Shown here: positions 20,755 to 33,422 of the stretch, piece after piece | How positions within the stretch are numbered: the first letter of the stretch is position 1 | Layout: every line of letters begins with the position of its first letter | Source: a bacterium | Lineage (GTDB): Bacteria > Pseudomonadota > Alphaproteobacteria > Caulobacterales > Caulobacteraceae | DNA length: 48,442 nt | Reading direction: 5' to 3' | Assembly (NCBI GenBank): GCA_006515835.1 | Contig: VFBG01000002.1 | Span: 1-48,442, forward strand | Notes under the pieces: generated by a model | Databases searched by the model: none | What the model saw: the letters and a program-made list of their open reading frames with translations, nothing else | Told to the model about the DNA's origin: nothing | Program-made: the position numbers and the translations under genes

Positions 20755-21192
20755 ATGATAGGAAGACTCAACCACGTCGGTGTCGCCACCCCGTCCATCG
20801 AGGCCAGCGTCGCCATGTACCGGGACATGCTCGGCGCGACGAAGGCGCACAAGCCGTTCGACCTGCCGGCGCAGGGGGTGCGGGTCTGTTTCGTCGACCT
20901 GCCCAATGCCCAGATCGAACTGATCGAGCCACTGGGCGACGACAGCCCGATCCACGGCTTTCTGGCGAAGAACCCCAAGGGCGGACAGCACCACGTCTGT
21001 TTCGAGGTCGAGGACATCCTTGCCGCGCGCGATGCCCTGCGCGCGAAGGGGGCGACGATCCTCGGCACGGGCGAGCCGCGCATCGGCGCGCACGGCACGC
21101 CGATCATCTTCGTTCATCCGAAGGACATGGGCGGGGTCCTGGTCGAACTGATGGAAACGCCGAAAGCCAATCACGAGAGCGGAGCGCACTGA
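20755..21192 (+). CDS. mce: methylmalonyl-CoA epimerase
   Basis: LNHVGVA, IELIEPLG, GGQHHVCFEV, IGAHG, FVHPKD..GVLVEL. Confidence 0.93.
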   Translation: MIGRLNHVGVATPSIEASVAMYRDMLGATKAHKPFDLPAQGVRVCFVDLPNAQIELIEPLGDDSPIHGFLAKNPKGGQHHVCFEVEDILAARDALRAKGATILGTGEPRIGAHGTPIIFVHPKDMGGVLVELMETPKANHESGAH

Positions 21193-21455
21193 TGCCGATC
21201 GGTTGGGTCACCATGCTGGGTGTCTACATCATCTGCTGGTGGACGGTGCTGTTCGCCGTCCTGCCGCTGGGAACGTCGCAGGAGAGGCACGAGGCGCCGA
21301 CAGACGGGGCCCAGTGGGGCGCGCCGGACAAGCCGGACCTGAAGCGCAAATTCATCACCACCACATGGGTTTCTGCCCTGCTGTGGCTGCTGGTGATGGT
21401 GCTGGTCTACATCGGCTGGATGCCCTTGCCCGATCTCGCGCCGCCGGTCCCCTGA
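21192..21455 (+). CDS. DUF1467 family membrane protein
   Basis: YIICWWTVLFAVLPLG..GAP..PDLKRK pattern; TGATG coupling to mce. Confidence 0.8.
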   Translation: MPIGWVTMLGVYIICWWTVLFAVLPLGTSQERHEAPTDGAQWGAPDKPDLKRKFITTTWVSALLWLLVMVLVYIGWMPLPDLAPPVP

Positions 21456-21462
21456 ATCTGCG

Positions 21463-21801
21463 ATGACCGACCGCCTGTTCCTGCTCAATCCCGGCTGGAC
21501 CGACGACCAGGGCGGGCCGTGGTATTGCCCGGCCGGTGCCATCATTGAGGGCGTGCTGGTGTTCCATCCCGCGCTCGGCGACGTGCTTGAGATCGTCTAC
21601 CTCGACCACCCGAGGCCGCGCCCTCCGGTGATTGAACTGGTTGGCGAGGACCACCAGAGCTGCCCGATCCTGGTGCTGGATGGTACGTTCGACTGGCCGG
21701 AGGCGCGGACCAGCGACACGACGGGTCGACGCTTCCTGCAGGACGAGGCGATCATCCCCTATCTGGCCGCGCGTTACGGGATTGCGCGACCGCATCCCTG
21801 A
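21463..21801 (+). CDS. DUF3088 family protein
   Basis: DRLFLLNPG, WYCP, IEGVL, PRPR, GEDHQSCPILVL, C-terminal PHP. Confidence 0.8.
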   Translation: MTDRLFLLNPGWTDDQGGPWYCPAGAIIEGVLVFHPALGDVLEIVYLDHPRPRPPVIELVGEDHQSCPILVLDGTFDWPEARTSDTTGRRFLQDEAIIPYLAARYGIARPHP

Positions 21802-21811
21802 GCGGTTCTGA

Positions 21812-22336
21812 TCAGGAGCCCGGGATGCTGGCGCGCTGTCGCTTCCGCATCGCCAACTTCCCGATCTCGGACGCGTTCCAGCCCAGTAGCAGTATCACGA
21901 ATACAAGCATCACGATGCGGTGGGTCATGGCGATCAGTCCGGGCCCTTCCTGATTCAGGATCACCTTCAGTGCATCGATCCGCAGGTAGACCTCGTTCAC
22001 GCCGCCGCCGATCAGCATGTAGTAGGTCAGGATCATGCAGCTGAGGTGGACGTGCTTCCACGCGACATGCCGACGGATCATACGCGCCGCGCCCCAACCC
22101 GCCGCCATAAGCACCAGGGTGACGACGGCCAGCACGTGGGGGAAAAAGAACACGCCAAGCTGGTAGATACCGAGTGCCGTCAGGTTCAGTACCAACATTG
22201 AGGCCAGATAGGCCCGCCCTAGCTGTCGATGCCGACTGGTGCCTTTTGGCGTCGCGAAGATGAAGGCGCCGGCAGCGAGTGCGACGAGACAGGCCAGGCT
22301 ATGCATCCAGCCGAGCGGAACAAGATCCAGGTTCAT
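21812..22336 (-). CDS. DUF2306-like membrane protein
   Basis: GWMH, PKGTSRHRQLGRAY, His-containing TM helices; start refined to MNLDL. Confidence 0.75.
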   Translation of the reverse strand: MNLDLVPLGWMHSLACLVALAAGAFIFATPKGTSRHRQLGRAYLASMLVLNLTALGIYQLGVFFFPHVLAVVTLVLMAAGWGAARMIRRHVAWKHVHLSCMILTYYMLIGGGVNEVYLRIDALKVILNQEGPGLIAMTHRIVMLVFVILLLGWNASEIGKLAMRKRQRASIPGS

Positions 22337-22341
22337 GGCGA

Positions 22342-22755
22342 TCACAGGCCCAGTGCGACGGGTATGACGGCGCCGGCGGCCGATATGGTCAGGAGCGCGT
22401 CGGAAAGGTTCGGGGGACCCATGACGCCACGCGCGCCCCGGCTGAAACCCCAGGGCTCGGCCGGCGCGCCCATCATGTTGAATCTCATCCGGCCGTTTGA
22501 ATCCAGATCCTGAAACGCTGAGACGGCGTAGCGGCCGGGCGGAACGTCTGCGAACCGAACCACCATGTTGCCAGGCGTGGGCGTGACCCGGACGCGGCGC
22601 GCGCACTGGGTTAGCCCTTCGGCTTCTGCACAAAGTTGAACCAGCATATGCCCGCCGGCTCGCACGCCGGTCAGGCGGACCTCGACCGGCCCGGCGATGG
22701 CGAGAGTGGGAATGGCTGCGGCGAGCGACGCGACGGCGAGGGAAAGCAGCTTCAT
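22342..22755 (-). CDS. DUF2141 domain exported protein
   Basis: Signal peptide; VPPGRYAVSAFQDLDSNG..GAPAEPWGFS..GPP. Confidence 0.82.
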   Translation of the reverse strand: MKLLSLAVASLAAAIPTLAIAGPVEVRLTGVRAGGHMLVQLCAEAEGLTQCARRVRVTPTPGNMVVRFADVPPGRYAVSAFQDLDSNGRMRFNMMGAPAEPWGFSRGARGVMGPPNLSDALLTISAAGAVIPVALGL

Positions 22756-22784
22756 CTGTAATTCCACGGTAACGATTGCCAAGT

Positions 22785-22801
22785 ACTTTACCGATTAAAG
22801 T
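22785..22801. promoter_or_regulatory. AT-rich palindromic operator ACTTTA-N5-TAAAGT
   Basis: Perfect inverted repeat 30 nt upstream of the DUF2141 start, AT-rich in a GC-rich background. Confidence 0.6.
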
Positions 22802-22896
22802 CCAAGAGTGTGAGGCTGTCAAATCGCGCCGCCATCGCGTTGCCAAGGTTCGTCGGCACGGGCTAGAGCAGAGGCCTCCCGAACAAGGACTGCTCC

Positions 22897-24213
22897 ATGC
22901 GCCTGTCGCGCTATTTCCTGCCCACGCTCAAAGAGGCGCCTTCGGACGCCCAAATCGTTTCACACCAGCTCATGCTGCGCGCCGGCCTGATCAAACAGGA
23001 GGCCGCGGGCATCTATGCCTGGTTGCCGCTGGGCCTGCGGGTGCTGAACCGGATCGAGCAGATCGTGCGTGAAGAGCAGGAGCGGGCAGGGGCGGTCGAG
23101 CTGCTGATGCCGACCCTGCAGCTGGCGGACCTGTGGCGGGAGTCGGGGCGGTATGACGCCTACGGCCCGGAGATGCTGCGCATCACCGACCGGCATGAGC
23201 GCGAGCTGCTGTACGGGCCCACCAATGAGGAGATGATCACCGACATCTTCCGGGGCTTTGTGAAGAGCTACAAGGCGCTCCCCCTCAACCTCTTCCACAT
23301 CCAGTGGAAGTTCCGCGACGAGCGCCGGCCGCGGTTCGGCGTCATGCGCGGCCGCGAGTTCCTGATGAAGGATGCCTATTCCTTCGATATCGACGAGGCC
23401 TCGGCCCGCAAGGCCTACAACCGGATGTTCGTGGCCTATCTGAACACCTTCGCCCGCATGGGTCTGAAGGCTGTGCCGATGCGCGCCGACACCGGGCCGA
23501 TCGGCGGCGACCTGAGCCACGAGTTCATCGTGCTGGCCGACACCGGTGAAAGCCAGGTGTTCTGCGACCGCAAGCTGGTCGAGATGCCTGCGCCGGGCAC
23601 AGGCGTTGACTGGGACGAGCTGCAGGCGATCGTGGACGAGCGGACCAACCTCTATGCCGCCACCGAGGAAATGCACGACGCGGCCCGTTTCGAGAGCGAA
23701 ACCGCCGAGGGCGACCGCCTGACCGCACGCGGCATCGAGGTCGGCCACATCTTCTATTTCGGTACCAAATACTCGGCGCCGATGAAGGCCAAGGTCGCGG
23801 GGCCGGACGGCAGGGACACCGAGGTCCATATGGGCAGCTACGGCGTTGGCGTGTCGCGCCTGCTGGGTGCCATCATCGAGGCCAGCCATGACGAGGGCGG
23901 CATCATCTGGCCGGACTCGGTGGCCCCGTTCGACGTCGTGGTGATCAACCTGCGGGTCAATGACGAGGCGGTCTGCGCCGCCTGCGAGGAGGCGGTGGCC
24001 AAGCTGGAGGCGCTCGGCAAGGACGTCCTCTATGACGACACGGACGAGCGGCCGGGCGGGAAGTTCGCCACCGCCGACCTGATCGGCATCCCCTGGCAGC
24101 TCACCATCGGGCCCAAGGGCGTGGCCGAGGGCCTGGTCGAGCTGAAGCGCCGGGCGACCGGCGAAAAGGTCTCGATTCCGCTGGATGAGGCGCTGGCGAA
24201 GGTGCGCGGATGA
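22897..24213 (+). CDS. proS: proline--tRNA ligase (short alphaproteobacterial type)
   Basis: [62 protein letters not shown]. Confidence 0.98.
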   Translation: MRLSRYFLPTLKEAPSDAQIVSHQLMLRAGLIKQEAAGIYAWLPLGLRVLNRIEQIVREEQERAGAVELLMPTLQLADLWRESGRYDAYGPEMLRITDRHERELLYGPTNEEMITDIFRGFVKSYKALPLNLFHIQWKFRDERRPRFGVMRGREFLMKDAYSFDIDEASARKAYNRMFVAYLNTFARMGLKAVPMRADTGPIGGDLSHEFIVLADTGESQVFCDRKLVEMPAPGTGVDWDELQAIVDERTNLYAATEEMHDAARFESETAEGDRLTARGIEVGHIFYFGTKYSAPMKAKVAGPDGRDTEVHMGSYGVGVSRLLGAIIEASHDEGGIIWPDSVAPFDVVVINLRVNDEAVCAACEEAVAKLEALGKDVLYDDTDERPGGKFATADLIGIPWQLTIGPKGVAEGLVELKRRATGEKVSIPLDEALAKVRG

Positions 24214-25514
24214 CGGACGTACCGGCGACCCTGAAGCCCACGAAGCCCGCGGGGCCGTTCTCGGCCTGGGAGTTCGAACTGGCGCTGCGCTATCTGCGCG
24301 CCAGGCGGAGGGAGGGCGGCATCGCCCTGATCGCCATTATCTCCTATGTCGCGATCGCGCTCGCGGTCATGGCCCTGATCATTGTCATGAGCATCATGGC
24401 AGGGTTCAGGAACGAGCTGCTGGACCGGATGCTGTCGTTCAACGGCCATATGTACGTTCAGGGCCAGGTGCTGGTGGATGCTGACCGCGAGGCTGCGGTG
24501 ACGCGGATTGCAGCCGTTCCCGGCGTTGTGAGCGTATCGCCCCTGACCGAGAACCAGGCGCTGGTGCGCGCGGCCGGTCAGACGACTGGCGCGGTCGTGC
24601 GCGGCATCCGTCCGCAGGACCTGGACTCCATGTCCTATGTCTTCGACAGCCTGACGCCCGAGGCGCGGCGCGCCTTCGGGGAAGGCGCCTACGGCGGCGA
24701 CAACATCCTGATCGGCAAGGCCCTGGCGGAAAGCATGGGCCTGCGGATCGGCGATCCGATCACCCTGTATTCACCGACCGGCGCCGACAGCGCCTTCGGT
24801 AATCTGGGCGGACTGGAGAAGACGTATCGCGTGGGCGGGGTGTTCACCTCGGGCACGGCCGACTTCGACCGCGCCTTCCTGTTCATGCCTCTCGAGCAGG
24901 CACAGCTGTTCTTCGGCAAGGAAGGCGTCTGGGATGTCATCGAGCTGAAGGTCGCGGAGCCTGACCGCGTCGGCGAGCTGACCCAGGCCGTGCGCGCGGC
25001 CTCGGGACGCAGCGCCATCGTCAGCGACTGGCGCGACCGTCTGGCCGCCTTCTGGGGCGCGCTGAAGGTCGAGCGGGTGGCAATGAGCATCATCCTCGGC
25101 CTCGTCGTCGCCATCGCCGCCCTGAACATCATCTCCGGCATCGTCATGCTGGTGAAGAACAAGACCCGGGACATCGCCATCCTGCGCACCGTCGGGGCCA
25201 GCCAGATGTCGATGCTGCGCATCTTCTTCATCTCCGGCGCCGCGATCGGCGTGGCCGGCACCGTCACAGGCCTGGTGCTGGGCCTGGTGTTCTGCCTGAA
25301 CATCGGGGCGATCCAGCATTTCCTCGAGTGGGCGCTCGGCGTCCAGCTGTTCAACGCCGACGTCTATATGCTCGACTCCATTCCGGCCGAGGTCGACGCC
25401 ATGGATGTGGTCTGGGTGACCCTGTGGTCCGTCTTCATGTCCTGCGTCGCGAGCCTGCTGCCGTCGTGGCGGGCCGCGAAAATGGATCCGGTTGAGGCGC
25501 TTCGTTATGAGTAG
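24210..25514 (+). CDS. lolE: lipoprotein-releasing ABC transporter permease (LolC/E)
   Basis: [48 protein letters not shown]. Confidence 0.93.
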   Translation: MTDVPATLKPTKPAGPFSAWEFELALRYLRARRREGGIALIAIISYVAIALAVMALIIVMSIMAGFRNELLDRMLSFNGHMYVQGQVLVDADREAAVTRIAAVPGVVSVSPLTENQALVRAAGQTTGAVVRGIRPQDLDSMSYVFDSLTPEARRAFGEGAYGGDNILIGKALAESMGLRIGDPITLYSPTGADSAFGNLGGLEKTYRVGGVFTSGTADFDRAFLFMPLEQAQLFFGKEGVWDVIELKVAEPDRVGELTQAVRAASGRSAIVSDWRDRLAAFWGALKVERVAMSIILGLVVAIAALNIISGIVMLVKNKTRDIAILRTVGASQMSMLRIFFISGAAIGVAGTVTGLVLGLVFCLNIGAIQHFLEWALGVQLFNADVYMLDSIPAEVDAMDVVWVTLWSVFMSCVASLLPSWRAAKMDPVEALRYE

Positions 25515-26208
25515 GCCTGTTCTCTCCGTCCGCGGGGTGACCCGCACCTATGACACCGCCTCGGGCGGCCTGACGGTGCTCAAGGGCGTCGATCTGGACG
25601 TCATGCCCGGCGAGGTCGTGGGGCTGATCGGGCCGTCAGGCTCGGGCAAGTCCTCCTTGCTCCATGCCGCCGGCCTTCTGGAGCGGCCGACCTCGGGCGA
25701 GATCCGCATCGACGGCGCGCACGTCGGCGGCCTCGACGAGCGGGCGCGGACCCATATCCGCCTCGCCAGCATCGGCTTCGTCTACCAGTTTCACCACCTG
25801 CTGGCCGAGTTCGACGCCCGCGACAACGTCGCGTTGCCGCTACGTATCGCCGGAGTCGGTCAGGCCGAAGCTCGCGAGCGGGCGAGCGAGGTGTTGACCG
25901 CTCTTGGGCTAGGGGAGCGGCTGACGCACCAGCCGGCCCAGCTTTCAGGCGGTGAGCAGCAGCGCGTCGCCGTCGCTCGCGCCCTGGCCAACCGGCCGCG
26001 CCTGTTGCTGGCCGACGAGCCGACCGGCAACCTCGACCCCGCCACCAGCCAGAGCGTGTTCGAGGCCCTGCAAAGGCTGGTAAAGGACACCGGCGTCGCC
26101 GCCCTGATCGCCACCCACAACATGGAGCTGGCCGGCCATATGGACCGGGTCTTCGCCCTGAAGGACGGCCATCTGGAAGAACGGCCGGCGGAAAGCCACG
26201 CCTACTGA
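25507..26208 (+). CDS. lolD: lipoprotein-releasing ABC transporter ATPase
   Basis: GPSGSGKS, GFVYQFHHLL, LSGGEQQRVA, ADEPTGNLD. Confidence 0.93.
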   Translation: MSRPVLSVRGVTRTYDTASGGLTVLKGVDLDVMPGEVVGLIGPSGSGKSSLLHAAGLLERPTSGEIRIDGAHVGGLDERARTHIRLASIGFVYQFHHLLAEFDARDNVALPLRIAGVGQAEARERASEVLTALGLGERLTHQPAQLSGGEQQRVAVARALANRPRLLLADEPTGNLDPATSQSVFEALQRLVKDTGVAALIATHNMELAGHMDRVFALKDGHLEERPAESHAY

Positions 26209-27210
26209 TCAGGCGGCGGCCTCGGCGCGAGCCTTGATCACGCCCAGGACGTTGCTGTGGAAGTCGCCAAGGAATACGCCGCCCCACCAGGCAGCGTATT
26301 CGTTCATCGGCGTGCGGATCCAGTAGCGGGTGGTCAGGACGAGATCCGAGCCGCCGTCAGCGGTCGGCTCGATGCGGTAGCGGCCTTCCTCGAGGCGCAG
26401 ATAGGCGCTGTCGACCTTCAGGTGCTCGTCCAGCATGCGGGTCTGCGCCTCCGGCCCGAGGTGGAAGGTCCAGCCCAGCTCGCGCCCGGGCCGCCATGCG
26501 ATGATGTGTTCCTCAAACCGCACGCCACGGCCCCATTCGAGGTGGCGCACGGCCCCGACGCCCGTGCCTTCAAGCCGCGCGTCCTTCGGGCGCGGAATGC
26601 CGACGATGTCGTGGCTGAAATTCCACCGGTGTTCGGCATCGCCGATGGCGCGGATATCGACGAGGCCGTTCCAGACCGTCTCCGGGCTGGCGTCGATGTG
26701 GACGCGGGTGGTCACGTAACGGGTCTGGGCCTCGGGCGGTCGGTCGGCTTCCACGGGCACGCCGATCAGCGGCAGGATGAGGATGGACAGCGACATAAGC
26801 CGCCCCGCGCGCCGGCGCATCGCCTTGCCGGCCAGCCAGCCGGCGAGGATGCCGGAGCCGAAGAAGATCGGCGCCGCCATCACCAGACAGACCGCGCCCT
26901 CGCGAAGCACCACACCGGCGCAGACCAGCATTACGGTGACGGTCAGGGCGGAGACGCCGGCATGTGAGCTGCCGCCTCTGACGCCCTTCGGGTCCGCCAT
27001 CCGCACGGCTATGATGCAGGCGGCGATCGGCGCGCCCAGCAGGAAGCCGATCAGGAGCATGCCCGATTCCGGCGCGTTCAGCCGGGTCCAGCCATAGACG
27101 CCCAGCGCATAGACGAGGCCGGCGGCGATGGCGACGAGCAGGCCGCGGCGGGTCGACGGCTCTGGCGGTGGCAGGGGCGCGGGACTCAGGCTCGGGCGTT
27201 CATCGGACAT
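26209..27210 (-). CDS. membrane-anchored SRPBCC (START-like) domain protein
   Basis: Four to five N-terminal TM segments followed by VHIDASPETVW..GVGAVR..FEEHI..W.PG. Confidence 0.75.
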   Translation of the reverse strand: MSDERPSLSPAPLPPPEPSTRRGLLVAIAAGLVYALGVYGWTRLNAPESGMLLIGFLLGAPIAACIIAVRMADPKGVRGGSSHAGVSALTVTVMLVCAGVVLREGAVCLVMAAPIFFGSGILAGWLAGKAMRRRAGRLMSLSILILPLIGVPVEADRPPEAQTRYVTTRVHIDASPETVWNGLVDIRAIGDAEHRWNFSHDIVGIPRPKDARLEGTGVGAVRHLEWGRGVRFEEHIIAWRPGRELGWTFHLGPEAQTRMLDEHLKVDSAYLRLEEGRYRIEPTADGGSDLVLTTRYWIRTPMNEYAAWWGGVFLGDFHSNVLGVIKARAEAAA

Positions 27211-27318
27211 CGCCCACCATGGCAAGCCTGTTCATGCCGCGCCAGCGGTCTTGCCTGCGACAGGACGGTCCGTTTTCGGCGCCGGCCGTGCTAGGCTTCG
27301 GCTTGTCCGGAGCCCGCC

Positions 27319-27738
27319 ATGACCGATGCCATCGAAGCCCATATGACCGCGGCGCGCGAAGCCTCCATGGAGGGCCGGGCAGGGGACGCCCGCAATTCCT
27401 GGGCCCGGGCGGCGGCCCTCAGCCGGGAAAGCGGTGCGCCCCTGCTTCAGGCCCGTGCGCTGCGGCACCTGTCCGACCTCGACAGGGAGGCGGATCATCT
27501 GGAACAGGCCCTCGCCCACGCCGAACAGGCGGCGGCGCTGTATCAGGCGAACGGGCAGGCGGCAGGGACGGATCTGGCCAACGCCTTGCGGCTGAAGGCC
27601 CTGGCGCTCGATGGCCTGCGCCGGGGCGGACCGGCCCAAGCCGCCTGGAAGGTGGCGCGGGCGCTCTACGCCGATGCGGAGGTCGAGGCCGGCGTTGCGG
27701 AATGCGATGCGCGGCTGGCCGCAGACGCTGGAGGCTAA
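27319..27738 (+). CDS. tetratricopeptide-repeat-like helical protein
   Basis: Ala/Leu-rich helices with TPR-like spacing (ARALRHL, AAALY, ANALRLKA); GGAG SD. Confidence 0.65.
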   Translation: MTDAIEAHMTAAREASMEGRAGDARNSWARAAALSRESGAPLLQARALRHLSDLDREADHLEQALAHAEQAAALYQANGQAAGTDLANALRLKALALDGLRRGGPAQAAWKVARALYADAEVEAGVAECDARLAADAGG

Positions 27739-27741
27739 ACC

Positions 27742-27861
27742 CTACTTCTTGCCCGGAGGCGTGGTGAAGGGCGAGCTGCTGCCGACCGAGACGGAGGGCT
27801 TCGGCTTCTCGGCCTTGGGCTTGCGGACTTCCTTGTTGCTCTTGACTTGACCTTTGGCCAT
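27742..27861 (-). CDS. 39-aa Lys-rich small protein (MAKGQVKSNKEVRKPKAEKPKPSVSVGSSSPFTTPPGKK)
   Basis: AGGAG SD upstream on the minus strand and strongly biased codons (AAG, GGC, CCG). Confidence 0.72.
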   Translation of the reverse strand: MAKGQVKSNKEVRKPKAEKPKPSVSVGSSSPFTTPPGKK

Positions 27862-28110
27862 GACCGGAACTCCTGCGTCGCCTGCCGCCAGTGGGCGACC
27901 GTCCGATGCACGGCGCACCATACACTTCCGGAGAACGGAACGAACCGGATTGACGCGTTGCCGAGGTGTTTCCTGTCGACCCGGGCCCGGCCGTGATCGG
28001 GAACCATGGCGAGCCGCCCGCTCTCCGGCCTGTAACAACAGGTCGGGCACGCGCGTAAGATATGACAACCGCCTTGCGCCGCCGCCGCGCCTTACATCTG
28101 GATATGCTTC

Positions 28111-29426
28111 ATGGTCAGGACGCTCCTTGTCGTCGCTTTTGCCCTGATTGCGACCTGCGGCGCGCAATCCGCCCGGGCCCAGGCGTTCGCACCCTGCGCG
28201 GACGCCGACTCCTTCCCCGCCCTGAGCGATGACCCGCAATCCCTCGGCCTCTTCGTGCGAAAATTTCCGGCGCGCGGGGAGGCGAGGGGCGAGGTCTGGC
28301 TGATTGCAGGCGGTCCCGGCGAGCCCGGCGCATCCTTCTACCCCCTTCTTGAAACCTTCCGGCGCGCGTTTCCGGCCTACGACCTCGTCGTGCCTGACCA
28401 TCGCGGCACGGGTTACTCCTCGCGCATCTGCCCGGCAGAGGAGGCGCATTCCAGCGAGGACGCCTTCGCCCTTGGCGTTACGGAATGGGGCCCGTGCATC
28501 GGCTTCACCTTCTCCAACCCGACCCGCACCCACGCCTTCTCTGTCACCAATGCCGCTCACGATCTGTCAGGCCTGATCGGGCGCTATCGCGGCGGCGGAG
28601 AGGTTCACGTCTATGCGGTGTCCTATGGCACCCAGCTGGTGCTGCGAATGCTGCAGGTGGCACCGCCCGCGCTGGATTCGATCATTCTCGACGGGCTGGT
28701 ACCGCCGGATGGCGATCCCCGCTGGGACCTGAGCCACCGCACCCAGGTCGTGGACGGGATCGGCCGGGCGTACCTCGGCCCCGAGGGGATCGAGGCGTAT
28801 GAACGGCTTCTGTTGATGGCCCCGTCCGCTGCGTGGAGTGACAGGATCCCGGGCCGCAATCTGAAGCAGTTCATGGGGACGCTGCTGGACTTTCCGTCGA
28901 TGAGAGGCCGGATGCGCAAGCTGGTAGAGGAACTGGCCGTCGGCGACACCGCAACACTCGAAGGCATTCTCGCCGATCTCGAGACGCTCATCGGAACGCT
29001 GGACGACTATCCGCAATCCGCCTCGTCGCTGCCGCTGGTCATGCTCATAAGCGGATCAGAGAACAATCTTCGCCCGGATCTGACGCCGGAGACCGTGGCC
29101 GCCGAGTCGGAGGCGGCGCTCTTCACGAGCCCCCTGGCCGGCTTCCTCGCGGGTAACCCACTGCCTCTGTATGCTCCCGACGCCTATTGGGGCCGCAGCC
29201 CGGACAAGCTGCCGCCGACATTGGTGGTGCAGGGCACGCTCGATCCCAAGACACCCTTCGCGGGGGCCCTGGCCCATGTTGCGGCGCTCGAGACGAGCGG
29301 GCCTGTCCGGCTGGCGGCCGTTGAGGGCGCTCCGCATTTCGTTGCCTTCGTCGCGCCGGATTGTTTTTTGCATCCGCATTCGTCATCAGGGGGGAGGTCG
29401 CGACCCGCTGCATCGAAGGGGATTGA
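28111..29426 (+). pseudogene. secreted alpha/beta hydrolase (TAP-like peptidase) with a C-terminal frameshift
   Basis: Signal peptide, GGPG, DHRGTGYS, YAVSYGT nucleophile elbow, GTLDPKTP, GAPH. After PDCF at a T-run (~29364) the family-like ending ASAFVIRGEVATRCIEGD* lies in a shifted frame ending 29426. The catalytic residues remain, so it may still be active. Confidence 0.65.
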
Positions 29427-29462
29427 CGAGAACGCAAGGGGAACATAGAACATAGCCAGAAC
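29423..29462 (+). promoter_or_regulatory. sigma70-type promoter overlapped by two tandem LexA boxes
   Basis: TTGACG (29423-28), 17 nt, TAGAAC (29446-51); GAAC-GCAAGGG-GAAC (29430-44) and GAAC-ATAGCCA-GAAC (29448-62). Confidence 0.88.
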
Positions 29463-29483
29463 ACGCAATCTGGGGACAAGGTC

Positions 29484-29573
29484 ATGGCGCGTTGGGTGAG
29501 AGATATGCTGTCGCTTGCGTCGTGCGGCGGCTTCGTTTGGATGGCGTGGCAGGCTGCATTTCTGATCTCGTGA
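29484..29573 (+). CDS. sidA: SOS-induced cell division inhibitor SidA (29 aa, [29 protein letters not shown])
   Basis: Read by hand. Length, single TM helix, GFVWM core, LexA boxes and position directly upstream of dnaE all match Caulobacter SidA. Confidence 0.85.
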   Translation: MARWVRDMLSLASCGGFVWMAWQAAFLIS

Positions 29574-29580
29574 GTCGGGA

Positions 29581-33062
<3,482 letters not shown>

Positions 33063-33063
<1 letters not shown>

Positions 33064-33419
33064 TGGCCGAAGTGAAGACCCATACCGGCGGCTGCCGCTG
33101 CGGTGCCGTGGCCTATGAGGTCGAGACTGATCTCGATGGGCTGATCGAGTGCAACTGCTCGCACTGTTACCGCAAGGGGCTGGTGCTGGCGTTTGTCGCG
33201 CCGGAAGCCTTCCGCCTGACCGCCGATGGGGCGCAGGCCGAATATCAGTTCAACACCCACAAGATCACCCACCTGTTCTGCGAGACCTGCGGGGTCCAGT
33301 CCTTCGCGCGCGGCTCAACCGCCGACGGCAAACAGATGGTGGCCGTCAACGTCCGCACGCTGATCGACGTGGAGCCGTTCAGTTGGACCGCGCAGCGGGT
33401 GGACGGACGGAGCTTCTGA
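33063..33419 (+). CDS. GFA/CENP-V family protein
   Basis: GGCRCG, CNCSHC, FCETCG zinc motifs. Confidence 0.9.
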
Positions 33420-33422
33420 GTC

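Noticed and set aside
27933-27959. GAAC repeats and GGAAC..CGTT as a LexA box or sigmaT promoter
   Set aside because: GAAC spacing is not N7, and the GGAAC-CGTT spacer is 14 nt rather than 16-17.
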